Origin: an uncultured delta proteobacterium
Lineage (GTDB): Bacteria; Desulfobacterota; Deferrisomatia; Deferrisomatales; JACRMM01
DNA: 64,000 nt
Direction of reading: 5' to 3'
Assembly (NCBI GenBank): GCA_963707045.1
Contig: CAVPOV010000015.1
Location: forward strand, 16,619-80,618
Below the pieces are notes generated by a model that searched no databases, was not told where the DNA came from, and saw nothing but the letters and a program-made list of their open reading frames with translations. Shown here piece by piece: positions 63,005-64,000 of the stretch. The first letter of the stretch is position 1; each line of letters opens with the position of its first letter. Made by a program: the position numbers and the translations under genes.

Positions 63005-63110
63005 GCAACGCCGTCCCTCTCCTCCTCGGGCCGGTGCCGGCCGCACTCTGCGGCCCCTCTCTTCCTCTCCTCCTCCTCTCTTGGGGAGGGCCGCCCGGCC
63101 CTCCCCGCAC
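63005..63110 (+). ncRNA. Candidate ~100-nt small RNA with anti-SD CU-rich motifs
   Basis: Starts at the expected +1 of the sigma54 promoter; has three hairpins and CCUCCU-rich loop and linker; no plausible plus-strand CDS follows. Confidence 0.55.
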
Positions 63111-63129
63111 TGTCTCGGGCAACGACGCT

Positions 63130-63633
63130 TCACCCCTGCGGCGCGGCGTCGCCCAGGTAGTGCCGCACCATGGACGGCGTGCAGGGACCGAAGTCGAAGT
63201 GGGGCGCCATGTCCCGGAGGAAGACCTCCCGCGGGTGCAGCAGGTAGAGCCCCTCGGCCTCGGCGAGCAGCGTGCCGTCCGCGGCCTCGAGGACCCCCCG
63301 GCCGACGACCTTGCGCCCCGGCTGCGGCTCGGCCCCTGCCCGCAGCACGAAGCGCTGCCCCAGGCGGGCCGGGGCCCGGAAGTGCGTCGTGAGGCTCAGG
63401 GTGACCGAGGTGGTGGCGAACCGGTGCCCCACCGCCCAGTAGATGACGTCGTCGAGCAGGGCCGACTGGATGCCCCCGTGCAGGATGCCGGGGTAGCCGC
63501 ACACCTCCTCCCCCGGCGACACCGCGCCCACCACGCTGCCGGCGGCGGCGTCCCAGGAGTAGGCGATCCCGAACCCACGGGGATTCCCGCTCCCGCAGAA
63601 GAAGCAGCTCCGAAACGAGGGAAGGCGCTCCAT
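63130..63633 (-). CDS. PaaI-family thioesterase
   Basis: CFFCGSGNPRG and GYPGILHGGIQSALLDD. Confidence 0.88.
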   Translation of the reverse strand: MERLPSFRSCFFCGSGNPRGFGIAYSWDAAAGSVVGAVSPGEEVCGYPGILHGGIQSALLDDVIYWAVGHRFATTSVTLSLTTHFRAPARLGQRFVLRAGAEPQPGRKVVGRGVLEAADGTLLAEAEGLYLLHPREVFLRDMAPHFDFGPCTPSMVRHYLGDAAPQG

Positions 63634-63772
63634 GGACGGCTCCTGTCGGGGCGGCGGCCTCGCTCGCAGGCCTTGAACGTTCGGGCTCGCGGCCTGTAGA
63701 TTCCCCCAGCCGGGTCCCCGTTGCAATGCCGGGCCCCTGCCTACCGAGGATCCCCCAACCCGAGCCGCGCCC

Positions 63773-64000
63773 TTGTCCGCTGACGCCTCCCCCCGCTCCC
63801 CGCTCGCCGCCGCGGCTTTCGCGTACGCGGTCGCCTGCGCCGGGGGGCTGGCGGTCCTCCCCCACCTCGAGCGCCCCCTCTCCACCTACGGGGCCCTTCA
63901 CGCCGGGGCCGTGCTCCTGGGGCGCGATCCCCTCCAGGGCCTGCTGTGGGGCCTCGGGCTGGGAGCAGCGCTGGCGGCGACGGGCGAGGGCCTGACGCGC
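63773..64000 (+). CDS. Membrane protein N-terminus (partial; possibly a CPBP/CAAX protease)
   Basis: Open hydrophobic frame LAAAAFAYAVACAGGLAVL...LLWGLGLGAALAA running to the window edge. The family assignment is a guess. Confidence 0.55.
   Translation, partial: MSADASPRSPLAAAAFAYAVACAGGLAVLPHLERPLSTYGALHAGAVLLGRDPLQGLLWGLGLGAALAATGEGLTR

Noticed and set aside
62999-63127. CTCGGG(G)CAACG direct repeat as a target-site duplication
   Set aside because: It is imperfect and short, with no terminal inverted repeats or transposase.

Overview
A 64-kb, very GC-rich bacterial chromosomal segment with about 57 protein-coding genes. The gene content (rubrerythrin, HypAB, a split PurH, a core methionine synthase, sigma54 sites, a selenoprotein) suggests an anaerobic 'deltaproteobacterial' lineage such as Deferrisoma-like organisms; this taxonomy is inference. 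Many single-base indels cluster in 15.6-19.3 kb, 37.7-41.8 kb and 53-59.2 kb and hit conserved genes (carAB, pyrBC), so I treat them as sequencing or assembly errors. Main blocks: TRAP solute-binding protein, MFS transporter and rhomboid; a UGA-readthrough rhodanese selenoprotein; a GNAT-deacetylase fusion; a copper-related cluster (MofA/OmpB-type multicopper oxidase, serine protease, FKBP, CusBA, two-component genes); c-di-GMP genes; tandem cation/H+ antiporters; hypA-hypB-hflX; a pyrR-pyrB-pyrC-carA-carB-TPR-pyrK operon; and a PIN toxin-antitoxin pair. The most interesting signals are not in the ORF track. (1) A candidate sigma54-driven small RNA at ~63005-63110 with two TGTC-N10-GACA-type enhancer sites and anti-Shine-Dalgarno CU-rich motifs. 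(2) A 23-aa leader peptide with four CGA Arg codons running through a terminator ahead of the pyr/car operon. (3) The Sec-containing exported rhodanese. (4) A probable ATC start codon for hflX. I saw no rRNA, tRNA, CRISPR array, integrase or transposase.
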